In this document: positions 22,801 through 42,265 of the stretch, in pieces
Position numbering within the stretch: position 1 is the stretch's first letter
How the letters are laid out: every line of letters begins with the position of its first letter
Assembly (NCBI GenBank): GCA_963693365.1
Contig: CAVNZM010000014.1
Span: 5,332,001-5,396,000 of the forward strand
DNA length: 64,000 nucleotides
From: Amoebidium appalachense
Taxonomy: Eukaryota; Protista; Ichthyosporea
Direction of reading: 5' to 3'
Made by a program: the position numbers and the translations under genes
The notes under the pieces: model-generated
The model's input: the letters and a program-made list of their open reading frames with translations, nothing else
What the model was told of the DNA's origin: nothing
The model's database searches: none

Positions 22801-23924
22801 GGAGGAAAAGACTATAACGTTTGTCTGCATGATGCAACAGGTCTAACCCAACCAAGGGTGTGCATAGTTAAGTGTCTACAAGTGTACGAAATCTTCAACG
22901 TGCGTTTTTAGCAAGCCCAGCCCTATCTAAAATAACAAATTCACAGCTAGGGGGTTTTCACACCAGTGAGAAAGCAAAAAACAATATCAAGTTGAGCATG
23001 CATACAGGGGGGGGGGGGGGGGTGCTTACGCCTTAAGCTCATCTTCGAGCTCAATGCACTTCTGTGCACCCGTTGACGGGTTGGCAATGTTCAGCTGTGA
23101 AGAAAGTACCCGTCAGCAATCCCATTCCCCAAGCAGCTTCAGGTACATCCAACCGGTTAACATTTATTAAAAAGTTTTTTTTGTTTTTCTGGCAAACCGC
23201 CTCGCACATGCTAAAGCGTAAGCAAAAATGTGTTCTTACCCTACCGGTTCTACACGAAACATCTAGCTGGACAGTGAACGCGTATTTTGTAACTGCCAAT
23301 TTTAAGTCACGTTGTGCCTTGGCACAAGAATTCTCTCGTTCGTCCCCAGTGCGGTCAAAGCTCTGGTTCTTGCCATGTATATACGTCCGTCAAGATGTCG
23401 CCAAAAACCTTGGTTCCAAGGTTGAGATCCCGTTCCCTGACTCCCCCCCAGCAATGTTCCGTCGAGCAGCACCTCAAATCGTCACAGCCCAAATAAATTT
23501 ACTCGTATGCAGTATGCTAGGGAATCACCCATCGTAATGTGAAATTCTCCACACTAATAGATGACCATCATATTTAAATTAGTGATGTGTGGTGGAACTC
23601 AGTGAGCATCTATCATATCAACCCCTGAAGTTGAGGAATATTGCATAACAATTCCAGGGGGCGAAGATAATGCCGTCCGGCAGCTCTCACAACGGGGATG
23701 GTGATGGATTCGTTTGGATCCGCGATCAGATGCTGCTGCGTTCCGCCAGCCCGTTCCTTGTCTCTCTCCCTTTCCTCGATTGATGTCTCCTGAAGTCTAA
23801 ATCCACATCACATCCGACCTGAAAAGCTGCAATCCTACTTTCTATGCTCTCCTATCGCTTTTCTCCTGTGTGCTTGTCTACACTAGCCTCTTTCCCTAAC
23901 GGAAAAAGAGATGCTGACCTTCAT
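19012..23924 (-). CDS. RPS6: 40S ribosomal protein S6 (eS6), 5 coding exons
   Basis: Exons 23924-23919 (MK), 23094-23030, 22762-22638, 21755-21557 and 19366-19012 give [14 protein letters not shown]...[24 protein letters not shown]...[18 protein letters not shown]...[15 protein letters not shown]...[11 protein letters not shown]...[16 protein letters not shown]. Confidence 0.98.
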
Positions 23925-23963
23925 GGTGGACTGCCTCTCCCGCGGAACGGAGGGTTTTCGAGG

Positions 23964-23981
23964 CTGTGAAAGAGAAGAGAA
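23964..23981 (-). promoter_or_regulatory. Oligopyrimidine tract upstream of the RPS6 ATG (5'TOP-like start, or a UTR splice acceptor)
   Basis: TTCTCTTCTCTTTCACAG about 40 nt upstream of ccaccATG. Confidence 0.5.
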
Positions 23982-24071
23982 CACAGGCAGCGCTCACCCT
24001 TTTGTCTGTGTGTCCTCGTGCATGCTTGCTGCCGCACTCAGGAATGCGGAATCAATGTGCAACTTGCATTG

Positions 24072-24121
24072 TGATTGGTTAACCAATCAGAGTGAAGCCA
24101 ATGGAATGTTTGTTGACCAAT
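24072..24121. promoter_or_regulatory. CCAAT-box cluster in the RPS6 promoter
   Basis: 18-bp palindrome TGATTGGTTAACCAATCA (24072-24089) plus CCAAT at 24098 and 24117. Confidence 0.6.
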
Positions 24122-24699
24122 CGTTTTTGGCCGGCTCCTTCTGTTAGGTATATAAGACAGCCGCCGCATGTCACTCCGCCGGGCCGCACAACTCAGCTCA
24201 GTCTGCACAGCTGCAGCTACCCGCCGCGTGACGGAGACTCATGGACGTCTACTGGCCATAGAAAGGCCAGAGGTTTAACCGTTTTATTGACTTCATACTC
24301 CATACTGCCGTCCTTTCCTACAATACTTCTCATGGCAGTTACACGTGTGCCGTGGCCGGCATGTGAGTGTGACACATGTTCAAAGGCCCCGCCGGAACTT
24401 CTGTCTCGAGCTGTTCCACCAATGATTATGTGCTGGGAAGCGCAATTCGATATTCGCCATAATTTGTGCATTACATGTGGTCAATCGCAACAAATACATA
24501 TTTAGTGGAGCTATATTGCAGTTCATTTGCTATTCCCAGCTGCAGGATTTTCAATTTGCTTGCAAGGAACATTGCCTGATCCAGGATCAAGGGTGGGGCT
24601 GGGTGGGGGCGGGGTGCAGTCCTTCGGATCCATTTACGATTCCTTTTCCTGATGATATGTGATCCTCTAGGACCTCCATTTTTTTTTTTTCCCCTTTGT

Positions 24700-24740
<41 letters not shown>

Positions 24741-24908
24741 GCAGAGAGGAGCGTGGGTTATGATGATATAGAACTATATACGTAGGAAGGGGAAGAAGGG
24801 GGAGGGGGGGGGGGGGGGGGGGGGGAGGGGAAGGGGGCGGGGAGGGCTCGCAGAGCGGAGGAGAGGGGGGGGGGGGGGGAGCCGAGAGAGAGAGGAGAGA
24901 TTGTGTGC

Positions 24909-25027
<119 letters not shown>

Positions 25028-25186
25028 TGTGTGTGTGTGCGGATATGTGTACATGTTCCTCTCTCTGCCTGTAGCTACGTTTGTCGGTGTGTGAACGTGT
25101 GTGTACACGTGCCACTGTGCATGTGTGCGTACGTGCGTTGTGCGTGTGTGCGTGTGTGCGTCCGTGAATCTGTGTCAGTGTATGTG

Positions 25187-25249
<63 letters not shown>

Positions 25250-25734
25250 ATGTGTGTGTGTGTGTGTGCGCGCGCGCGTGTTTGTAAGTGCATTACTGTG
25301 TCTGCGGGAGTGTGAAATTGCCACTGGTTGACAGAAGGCTTAAGCTAGGGGAGCTAAGAATTATCAACGGAAATTTGCCAGCATGACTTCCAGGCAGTGA
25401 TTCGGAGGGTGTAACCTACGAAAGAGATAAATGAAAGACGGAGGTGTTTTCATGTCATTCATGGTCTGCAACGTGGGAATCCAGAAGGGCGTGGAAAGGA
25501 AACTCCTATGTAGGGGGTTTTTTTTTTTTTTTTTTGGAGGAGGAGGAGGGGGGAGGGAGGGGGGGGGGGGGGGGAGGGGGGGGACACTGTGTTGCAAGAG
25601 GTGATCCAGCGTTAAAATGGAACAGCAATCTCACCATTAAATGTTTTCTTTGGTGTCCGAGTGGGCCACATACCCAGGTGAGGTGGTGGTGGTGGTTTTT
25701 TTCCTTTTTTTTCTTTATCTTTCTTTCAAAAAAT

Positions 25735-25769
<35 letters not shown>

Positions 25770-25982
25770 TTTTGGCCGGGGAGAAGAAGGGTGGGGAGAG
25801 GGGGGGGGGGGAAGGGGGGCACATCCCACCACTTTGTTGGTGTGTGCCTTGCACGAAAACGCAAGAAGGGCCATTTCGGTCACTCAATTTGACACATATG
25901 CATCTGCAACCACCACCACCCTGCCCCCTCCCCCCTGCCCCACCCCCTCACACACACACACTCTCTCTCCCTCTCTCTCCCG

Positions 25983-26061
<79 letters not shown>

Positions 26062-26469
26062 CGTCCCCTCTCCCTGTCTCCCTGTCCCTCCCTCCCTCCC
26101 TATATATCTCTCTCGTTTCGAGGCGGGGAGAGAGGGAGGGGGGGGGGGGGGGGGGAGGGGGGAGCCCTGCTCCTAGTGACAGCTTTTATAAAAAGAAAAA
26201 AAAATGTGTATGTGTATGTCGGGGGGGGAGGGGGGGAGGAGGGGAGGGGAGAGGTGGGGATCAGCTTTTTTTATATAGAAGAAGAAGAAGGGGGGGGGGG
26301 GGGGGGGGGGAGGGGGGGGGAGAGAGAGAAAGAAAAAATGGAAGGAAAAAAGGAAGAAGGAAATAATTGAAGGGAAAAAACGAGATCAAAGAAACAGAAA
26401 ACGAAGCAAGTTTTCAGTTTGCCACCAAAACGTTGAGAACTGTGGGGGCAGGCCGCCCGGGGGGAGGGG

Positions 26470-26507
<38 letters not shown>

Positions 26508-26696
26508 CGCAAGTGCACAGGGAAACTGAATATTGTGATTGGTTAGTAGGGCAAGGGGGAGAAAAGATCCGGAGAATGTGCATAAGGGGTTCTGGCCGGG
26601 GAAGGGGGGGGCAGTGTGTTCATGTGGAATGTTTGTCGATTTTTACTAATTTCGCCGGAGGGGTGGGGGGGGGGGGGGGGGGGGGGGGGGGGTAAC

Positions 26697-26786
<90 letters not shown>

Positions 26787-28293
26787 TGGGTGTTTTTTTT
26801 TGGGGGGGGGGAGGGGGAGGGGGGAGGGGGGGGGGAGGGGGGGTCATGGCTACGGATGGTGCGTCTGTGATGCTTGTGAGTAAATGTGCCCGGTGGTGAA
26901 CATTAAGCATTTTAGCAAAAGGGTTTTGGTGGTGGTGGTGGTGGTGGTGGTGTGTGTGTGTGGGAATGAGGGGGGAAGGGCGGAGGGGGGAGGGAGGGGG
27001 GGGGAGGGGAGAGGGAGGGGGAAGGGGGGGCAGGGGGGCAGAGGGGGGTCTTGCTCTGAAACTAATGGGGTGGCAAAGAGAGTGGGAATTATTTGCCGAT
27101 TTAATGATGTAAGACGGGTTGCCCGATGATTGATAGTACTACTGCCAGTGAGTCAAACAGAAGCGCGGCGTCACGAGTGCCAAGTTCCTAATGCATTTGA
27201 GCAGTAGCTACATTTACGCAGTGGTTTATACACAATATATGGAATCGCTTTTTCTTGTCTTTTGCACAGTCATCCCTTTTTTATATGAAATTGAATCAGC
27301 TATGAAGGATTTCGTACATCATGCTAGGTGAGCTGTCGGGGGGGCTTGCTTCAAATATCAAACGATTTACATCGTTTCACTGAGGTCAAGTTACGATGTA
27401 AATTTACAATCTTGTCCTATGTAGATGAAGCTGAAAATGTATCGATACATAATGCACTTTCTGCCTTAAGTCTTCACATGTGTTGTGCTCAAGATGAAAT
27501 CCAAGAACGGTTGTTGAGAAGATACACGCGAGGTTGCTGCCTGTGGGAGAGATTTCATGGTCACACTCTCTGTTTGCTATGCGTGCACCACTCGGAATGC
27601 GCAACAACTAAATGATCAGACAGTTGAATGTACAATTGTGAGTTTTGCAAACTTTCTAGCACCAGAAAAGTCTACCCCGTCACGTTCGTGAGTGCTCCCC
27701 CCCCCCCCCCCCCCCCCTTCTTTTCCAACGCGCACACACACACACGTGCCAGAGATTACCCACACATCACAGGGCAAACACACACATGACTCAAAGACAA
27801 GCAGGCACATCAGCACCACACAGACACACAGACACGTGACACATGCGCGCGTGCACACACACGCACGCACACTAGCTCATCACCTTCCACCCCCGGTGAC
27901 CATCATTCTGCCCTCCAGCCCATCCGTTAGCCCTTCCCCCCTTCCCTCCCACCCCCCCCCCCTCCCCCCGCCCATGGCCCCCCCGATCCCCCTCCCTCCC
28001 CAGTCCCCTCCCCCCCCCCCCCCCCTCCTTCCCCCCATGCGTACGCACCATGAGAATGCAAAACATGACACACGGCACACATACTAATACACTCGGATAC
28101 ATGCACAAACTGACACTCACCCCCTTCAGTTACAGTCCCTCCCACCGCTCCTTACCTAGCCTCATTTCGTGTTTAGAACAAGGACTTGCCATGCACCATT
28201 TTCCATCGGTGTGTATGACACGTTTGGGGAAGTATATACCATCAGTCACTGTTTTCCATCTCTGTATGAGTATGTTTGGGAGGGTACATACGA

Positions 28294-31200
28294 TTACGCT
28301 GGGGAAGCTCTCTTATCCTCTTTGGATGTGCTCTCTTCGTTGTTGCTAGGGAGAGACACGATGGGCATGAGCTCGTCAAGAGACCGCGACCGGCGCGACA
28401 TCTGGTCCTTGGCCTTCTGTGACAGCTTCTTGCCTGTGCATGCGCATAAATGAATTAGTTTTGTCAGTTTTAGAGAACGCCACTTCAGTCAAGTGTCATG
28501 GAGCAAATAATGATCAGAAAAGTTTAGGCGTGACTGTTTAAGGTAGATGCTCACCCACAGGCAGTAACGATATATCTGTTTGCTGGTCAAAAGCTCTTAT
28601 TTGAGGGCTTGTTTATAAGTAATACAAGTTGTGTAAGGTATATGACAGGCAGCGCTTACAATATGCAAAGTTTCTTAAACGATGATCCATTATACTTACG
28701 TGCAAACGAGACTTGGCGGACGAGCAACGGTCCCAGTCCATGCTGTCTACGGATATAATCGTTAGGCGCCGGGGTTTTCTGCTGGGTGGGCTTCTCCTGC
28801 ATCACGGAAAATAACACAATGATCGATAACTATGGCATCAGGTTCAAAAAAGGATCCCGAACTACAGCAGTAGTAATTCATTAGCTCAGTCAGGCATTTC
28901 TCAAAATACACCTAGTGCATATTCGTGGTCAGGCCTTATCGAATAAGTTAATATCCCCCCCCCCCCCCCCCCCCCCCCCTCCCCCCCCTCCCCTTTCCCA
29001 CCTCACCGCCCGCTCACAATACACCGTGTGTTTGTGCATAGAGGTGCTCAAAAATAAGTCAAAAAATGATCGAAAGAGAAATGGAATATCGCGGATCTAA
29101 ATCAGTATTTCGAGTTAGGATTGTTAAAGTAATCCTAATTCTGCGAGTTCGTACTGTTAGAGTAGTAAGAACTCTGCGAGTTAGTATTGTTAAAGTAATC
29201 TTACCTCTGCGAGTACTAAACGAGCGGTGGCTCTTTACGGACTCTAAATACTGTAAAAGAGCAACGAGTAGATGATAGTTAACAAGGGGATGAGTTCTCT
29301 AGTTTAAGGTGTACTCTAATGTATTTCGAAAGAAATTATTAATTCAGAGTTCTTTCCAACCCTATGTAGAGGCAGGTAACGTACCATGTTAACTTATTGG
29401 TCTGATAAATCTGATGCCAGGAGCCAATTTCCTGGGATTTTAATTGGAGACCTACATGATGACGTAGCGATGCTATGACTGTGAGAACTAAATCCATAAA
29501 ATTGAATTAACCGTGCAGATGCGGTGATATGGCTAGGTAGATGAGAGTACGATGACTACTTGATGGAAGAGTGTCAGACCTGCAAAGTCTAAGTATGTAA
29601 TGTGGAGTTAGTTTCCACCGAGGAGTCTGTCCCCCCGAGTTTCGAGCAGTATGCATGAACCGTAAGGTTTGTGTGTAAAGCCTGCGTTGAAACTAGATTT
29701 CTATGGGTAATGAAACTGAATCTACGGGTGAAGCGACTAGATTAAAAGATTGATTGTTCTCGTACGCAATCTGACAGATTAGAAAATCTAGAAGTATGGT
29801 AGGATCCTAAGGAAGTCGTGATGTGCATATTTAGAAACAGGTATGTCTCATTGGTTCTGGGAACAGAGGCGTTATTGCGAAGGAACGTATCGCCAAGGAG
29901 ATAAAGGAGAATGCAAAAAGCGAAGGCTCTTATGTAATATAGGAGATAGATTAAATAATCCTCGCGTAAGGTAACCTGAAAAGGTGCTGACTTGCATTCG
30001 GTGGTCATGTCATTGGTGATCGGCTTGTTGAATTTGCCCCATTCCTCTCTTCCCCCCCCCCCCCCCCCCTTCCCCCCCCCCCCCCCCCCCCCCCTCACCC
30101 CACCCCCACCCACCCACCCATCCACACACCCACACACACCCATCCCTTTCGGTACCATCATCCCCACTCCCTCCCCTGGACCGGAATTTAACGACGTACC
30201 GTGATAAGAGCAATCCAGAAGTCTCTCTTCTCCGTGGTCAGTGGCATGGCCAGGATCTCTTGAATAATGTTGCGCGCCTTGCTGTTCTTTATGTCTATGG
30301 CCGCGCCGGCGTTTCTCAGAATCCGCGACATGTGCTCAATGCTGTTGCTTTCCTTGTTAGTTTTTTGCAAGGCACTCTGCTTGGTTAATCACGCATTTTG
30401 CTCTTGAGGATGAAAAAGGCAGCAGCGCAAAAGGGTCTGGAAAGAACCAGAAAAATGTTGAGCTTTAAGAGGTAAGCAGGGGTGTGTATGGAGGACACGT
30501 CAAGCTGGCGCTAAGTTTTCACTAAGGCAGGAATATTGTACCTTTATGAAGACGGGTAGGGGTGCTTGAGCAAGGAGGGAGGTGGGGGGGATGGGGGGAG
30601 GAGAGAGAGAGAGGGGGGGGGGGGGGGGAGGGGTTGGAGGCGAAGTATTTCTACATGAAGGTGGGTAGCAGGCAACGGATCACCTGAGCAAGAGAAGAAA
30701 GAAAGCGGGGTGTGAAGTGCCAGGAACAGGGGAAGACGGGGAAGGGCGAGGGTCGGAGGCAGTTTTTTTTTTTTTTTTTTTTTTTGGGGGGGGGGGGGGG
30801 AGAGGGGGAGGGGGGGGAGGGGGGGGAGGGGGTGGGGGGGGCTTTACCCAACGAAAAGAGCGAAGTATAATGATCACAAATGTGATTTTGTTGGATGCAG
30901 GCCGGTAGTTATATACAGTACACAGTTTCACAGACACAGCCAAGTAGCGAACTACAGCATTCTAATAACTCAAAATATCCCCGCCCCACAAACCCTATCG
31001 TTACCAACTCAACCACCCACCCATCCACACAAACACGTGCGCACACACAAACACGTGCGCCCACACAAACACCTGCAGGCGCAGACACACACACACACAC
31101 GTGCACGCTCGTGCACACGCTCATCCACCCACACAAGCGTACACACCATCCACCAACTGTCATCCCTTCTTCTTGTCTCGCAATTGTGCTATTTCTAGGG

Positions 31201-31744
31201 CCTGAGAGTTTGAGTCTGCACACACAAAGAACATGTTAGCATACCAGTTCGTTACAGCCAGGTGCAGTGGTGTGTTGCCGTCTCTGTCTGTGATATTTAT
31301 GTTGGTGTGCTCGTAGCGGCATAGGATCTCTAGAACATCCGTGCACTTGCGCCGCTGTTGGAACGTAATAGGACTTCGTTATCATCTAGAGCCTTATGAA
31401 GTGAGGCTGCTCAGAGAGGGAAGTGCACAATAAAAAAACTGAAACATGTGGAGCATCCTATGTAATCCCCCCCCCCCCCCCCCCCCCTCCCCCTCCCCCC
31501 CCTCTTCCGAGAGCTCCGCCCAACAATACACCCATCCCCAACGTTCCAGATTAGTCAGTAATAATCAAAACCACTGCCGCGCTTTGGAAAGTCCCTGCAT
31601 CCTTCAGAGATTTTTTTAAGAATCAGTAGGAAACGGCGGGAACAAGAACAGTTGACTCAGAGAGAAGATGAAGCAATACCTAAACGCGAGTAAAAATTGG
31701 TTCTATACGGCTATCACCACTGCTAACTGTTTTCTCCCACCATT

Positions 31745-31776
<32 letters not shown>

Positions 31777-31919
31777 ACACCCCCCCCCCCCCCCCCAATC
31801 CCCCCATCCCCCACCCCCCACCACCCACACCCCGCGCTATCTGTTTCCCCCTCCCCCCCCCCCCCCCCCCCAAAAAAAAAAAAGAAGAAAAAAACCACAC
31901 ACACACACACACACACACA

Positions 31920-31975
<56 letters not shown>

Positions 31976-31980
31976 CACGC

Positions 31981-32019
<39 letters not shown>

Positions 32020-32664
32020 CACACTCATAATCTTAGGGCAAAATGAGAAAGTTAGGTTAGTACCAGATTGGCTTTTATTAAACTTCTCTGCCTCTTCTTC
32101 TGGTTTTTGGCTTTTGTAGTTCCGGTGTAGAGGGAGTGTTTTTTTTCTCTTTCTTTCTTCCTTTCTTTCTTTTTTCTTTTCTTTTTTTCTTTTTTTCCCC
32201 TTGGGGTAGTTGTGGTGGTGGGTGGGTGGGTGGGTGGGTGGGTTTTTTTTTCTTTTTTTGTTTTTTTTTTTTGGGGGGGGGGGGGGGGGGGAAGGGGGGG
32301 GGGAGAGGGGAGAGGGTGGTTGGGGGGGGGGGGGGTGGAGCAGGAGTGGGGGGGGGGGGGGGGGGGGTGCGCTCTCAGATACATCTTGTGCAACCGTTGC
32401 TATTACCTTGTTGTCATAGTCAACCCTGCCAATGCCCAGCAGGTCGATACCCGTCCTCCGACGGCCCTTCTTCTCCATGTCCTCTTCAGCAAATGTGCGC
32501 AAGTATATCTGTACAATGCGCAAGAGGGGAGGGCAGCCGTTGCTCTTAACGTTGGGGTCTTCGCCTACTTCGATCAGACTGATAAGACCCTTGCAACCGG
32601 CATCGTTCAGTAGGCGATTACCCTCCAGTTCCGTGAGATACTCGTCGATTGTGCGACCCTCCAT
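28294..32664 (-). CDS. Ankyrin-repeat protein (~260 aa), 6 exons
   Basis: Exons 32664-32407, 32099-32064, 31354-31245, 30341-30200, 28796-28700 and 28433-28294 are phase-consistent. Ankyrin motifs: [49 protein letters not shown]. Confidence 0.85.
29108..29980 (+). pseudogene. AT-rich inserted relic ORF with many C-to-T-type stops, in ankyrin gene intron 4 (antisense)
   Basis: One frame reads protein-like if TAA/TAG are read as Q and TGA as R ([17 protein letters not shown]; [37 protein letters not shown]...FVCKAC). It starts with three 33-bp repeats. Confidence 0.5.
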
Positions 32665-34243
32665 GCTTCAAATGCAGCAATAACTGAAAAACCGTTTGTT
32701 TACGCCTATGTGAAACGCTGGCCCAGTTTGGTGTAATTAATTTATCTCAACGTGAGAGGTCACAGGGACGAAGGGTGCCGGAAGAATTCCCACTGTTTCT
32801 TGACGTGCACCGGGTATACAGCACAGTCGGGTCTGAACAGCAAGAAATCGTCAGATTAGCCTTCTGGATTAACTTGAATCATGCAGGGCTCGGCTAGAAA
32901 ATTTTAACATCCGGATCCCCCCCCCCCCCCCCCCCCCCCCCCCCCACCCCCATACATACAAACGCACAAAAAAAACCTCACCCACCACAACCTGCTTTCC
33001 CCCTATACACAAGTTATGCCTCCTCCTTCCCACCCCTCCCGCTGTCCTCCCCAGAAGATTTTAGTTGCTCCTCTCAGCACCCTTTCCCCCCCATTGCTAC
33101 ATGTATATACTTAACGTAAATCATTTGAAAGCCCTTTAACCCAGATTCAACCTTAATTCACTGGGTTTCTTGAGGTCTTTGCCCACCTTAAAGAATGTAA
33201 GCCTACACTTTCGAATTCCTCTTCCCCTCTAATCCCTCCCCTCCCTGTATTTTCCCCCTCCCCCTTCCCCCCTCCTCTCCCCGTGATCTCCCCCTGTTCC
33301 TTGCGCTGTCCTTTGAGCCCCCCCCCCCCCCCCCCCCCATCCTCCCCCCCAGGACACACACATACCAGCCATCCTGTATTACTTCAAAGAGTTGGCATAT
33401 GCATATTTGTGAGAAACGAAGTGGGTCCTCCCTCCCCCCCCCTCCCCCCCCCCTCCCCCCACCCACCCACCCACCCACCCCCTTCCCCCTCCCTGCACCC
33501 TCACGGGTACGTACACACACATGCACACTGTCCCCGACCATCCTCCCAGCCTAAACACACACACACGTGTGCCCGCACCATAGGCCACCCTCCCAGACAT
33601 GTCCATCCATCACCACCACCACCACCGATCTTGGACTCTCGGACACTCTCTTGCTCTCTTTAAAGTTTCTATGTCTCTGTCCCTCCAAGTCCTTCCTCTC
33701 TCTGCCAGCGCCTCCCCCCCCCCCCCCCCCCCCCTCCCCCCGATCTCCCCCTTCCTTCTTGGCACGCACACCGTGTTAGTTCTTCATCATATCCCACGAA
33801 GCTGAGTATCAGTGACCAGCTGCAGTCCGTTAACATTGATCACTACAATCATGTAGAAAGCTATGCCCTCCCCCCCCCCCCCCCCCCCCCCCCCCCCCAT
33901 CCTCTCCTTCCCAGCTCTTTTCTGTTATCTGCAGCCCGGTAATTGAGCCTTATTAAAACTCGCACAGTCAGTGTGAGCGGAGCAATGTTCACTTGCCTGC
34001 TGGAATGACCAGAAGAAACGACACGATGAAAAAATCGCAGACGTTGATCCACAACTAATATTAGTGGTTTTGTGTGTGGTCTAGGAATACCACTAAATGA
34101 ACTTCGGTTCTTTAATTCATCACTTCAAGTTCTGGTAGGTTATCTCTGATCTTTGCCCTTCCTTCGTTTCGCTACGTGCTTGCCTTGTTATTCCTTTTGC
34201 TTAGCTTTCCCTCTTTTCTTTCTCAACACGGCGGTTTTCATAA

Positions 34244-34525
34244 TATGTTCCACCAGACACGAACTTCATACAAACGATATCTCAACACCGTAAATATGGA
34301 TTCCTTTAAACGAACTTGCTTGACAGGCTTTCCTTTTCGTTTCTTTTTCAGCTTGTTTGCGTAACTTTTCCTTTTTTCTTTCTCAACAAGCAGTTTTCGT
34401 TTTTCAATGTTCCAGACAGGAACTTCATACAAATTTGATGTTTCAACCCCTAAATGTTCATTAAACATAGATTTTGTTCTATAACGATTTTGCTTGACAC
34501 GCTTTCCTTTTCGTTTCTTTCTCAG
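34244..34525. repeat. Diverged ~110-120 bp duplication in a pyrimidine-skewed segment
   Basis: atgtt..cagaca.gaacttcatacaaa...ttgcttgaca.gctttccttttcgtttcttt.tcag at ~34244-34351 and ~34407-34525. Confidence 0.7.
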
Positions 34526-36057
34526 TTTCCCTACTTTTCGTTCTACTCTCCTGAGTTCTTTTCTCCTGACACGGAGATTTTTTTTGACTAGTTAAACGGT
34601 TGTGTAAACGTGTGTGTGAAATGCCGACAAATCTTGCCCTCGCAGACTAGTCGTGACGCATTTGCATGCACACAATCAGCGCACGTGTCTTTAATTCCCA
34701 TGGCGACATTTTCACATGACTTATGATGATTTGAAGCTTTCTCACGCTAAACGCCATCATGGCCATGGTGGTCAAGTGGGAATTTGCCAGATTGCACAAC
34801 AGCAATTGGAGAGCCAGGGGGAGTACGACATTCTGAAGTTGGACGTGGGACGACGATTCATTGCGTATACACGCGTGTCGCCATCATGCACATGCACATG
34901 CATCATGAGTGTGCACATAGATATATGCATGCACACTGCGGCCCACCATATAGCACATGCACGCACATGATGGCCATTTGATTGAAACGAGCGCCTCATG
35001 AAAGCTTAATTTAAGCCTGGTGGACTCAGCTGGCAGGAACCCTGCAGCTGTATCCACAGGCTACAAATCAGAGCTTTTGTAATGGCCACGGACCCACAGA
35101 TCTACACCAGTTACAGGCACAGACAGACAGAAGGGTGACAGCCTTTGGCAACCGCTAACACCTGTGGCCCATGGCAAAACTTGAACTTCGTATGATCACG
35201 AAGCGGGTCGTGCACAGGTGAAAACAAAACTTTCATGAACATGTCCATGAGGCAAATGATTGGCTCCCTGGAACCGATTGCATTCCTCAACCGTTATATA
35301 CAGTTATTCAACGTTTCTAATTTAAACTTTTAAACGTTTAAATCACCCACTTAAGCTTTTAGAAGTCGAGTTTCCCTTAATTAAAATCATGCTCTAAAGT
35401 ATTCCGTTAGTGTTTTGGTATGCTCCCCAAGTCTCAGCCAGTGTTGTGCACAACAGCAAAGCCGAGTCTGCGTATATATACCGTAGGACGCCTGGTTCTC
35501 TGGTTTTGATGTATTTAGACTTAGGGTACGTGTGCTCACATAGATCTCTGAGGTGTATGCATTTTATTTTCTTAAGTATTATTCACCAGCTGCATCCGCA
35601 CATCGGCTGAGCACAATGAAGCCCCACAACAACAGGTACGTACATGGGAGACGGCAGACGATGGCAAGCTATTGGCAAGGTACGATGCAAGTGCAAGATG
35701 CAGGTGGTACAAGCGATATTTGGACGTATGATAACACCAGAACAGGCAATGTGTAGGCGAAACATTTCACAGCTCTATAGATAAAGCGGTAACAGGCATA
35801 GAGGCTGGCGCGGAAAACCTATCCACATGGCCATGGGACCCTCCCATTCGCACACTTGTACCGACTGAAAGAAGCATCTACTTGCCCACCTGCGACTGGG
35901 TGCATCTGCTGGATAAAGAAGTTTAAATCACTTAAAAATTTACAAGCCTCATCAAAAACGAAAACATGACCGAAACTGACGCCATGTAGCATCTTCTCAC
36001 AAGCTTTGCACAGTTTCTTCTGAAGTTCTTGGTTTCCTTATCATTTTTCTCCCTCAA

Positions 36058-42196
<6,139 letters not shown>

Positions 42197-42227
42197 GGGA
42201 TCCTCGCCACTGCTAACCGTACATGGA

Positions 42228-42265
<38 letters not shown>

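Noticed and set aside
19367-23918. Intronic C/D snoRNAs in RPS6
   Set aside because: No convincing box C/box D pair with an rRNA guide on the sense strand; H/ACA RNAs cannot be judged by eye.
29340-29420. Minus-strand IYQ...YIG motif suggesting a Penelope GIY-YIG domain
   Set aside because: Short isolated match with no supporting RT motifs; the plus-strand frame explains the region better.
29108-29980. Alternative genetic code (TAR = Gln) in the relic ORF
   Set aside because: TGA stops occur as well, and host genes end in TAA/TAG; mutation is the simpler explanation.
35016-35065. WW...YP motif resembling the hAT dimerisation domain
   Set aside because: The downstream ERxFS motif is absent; the similarity is too weak.
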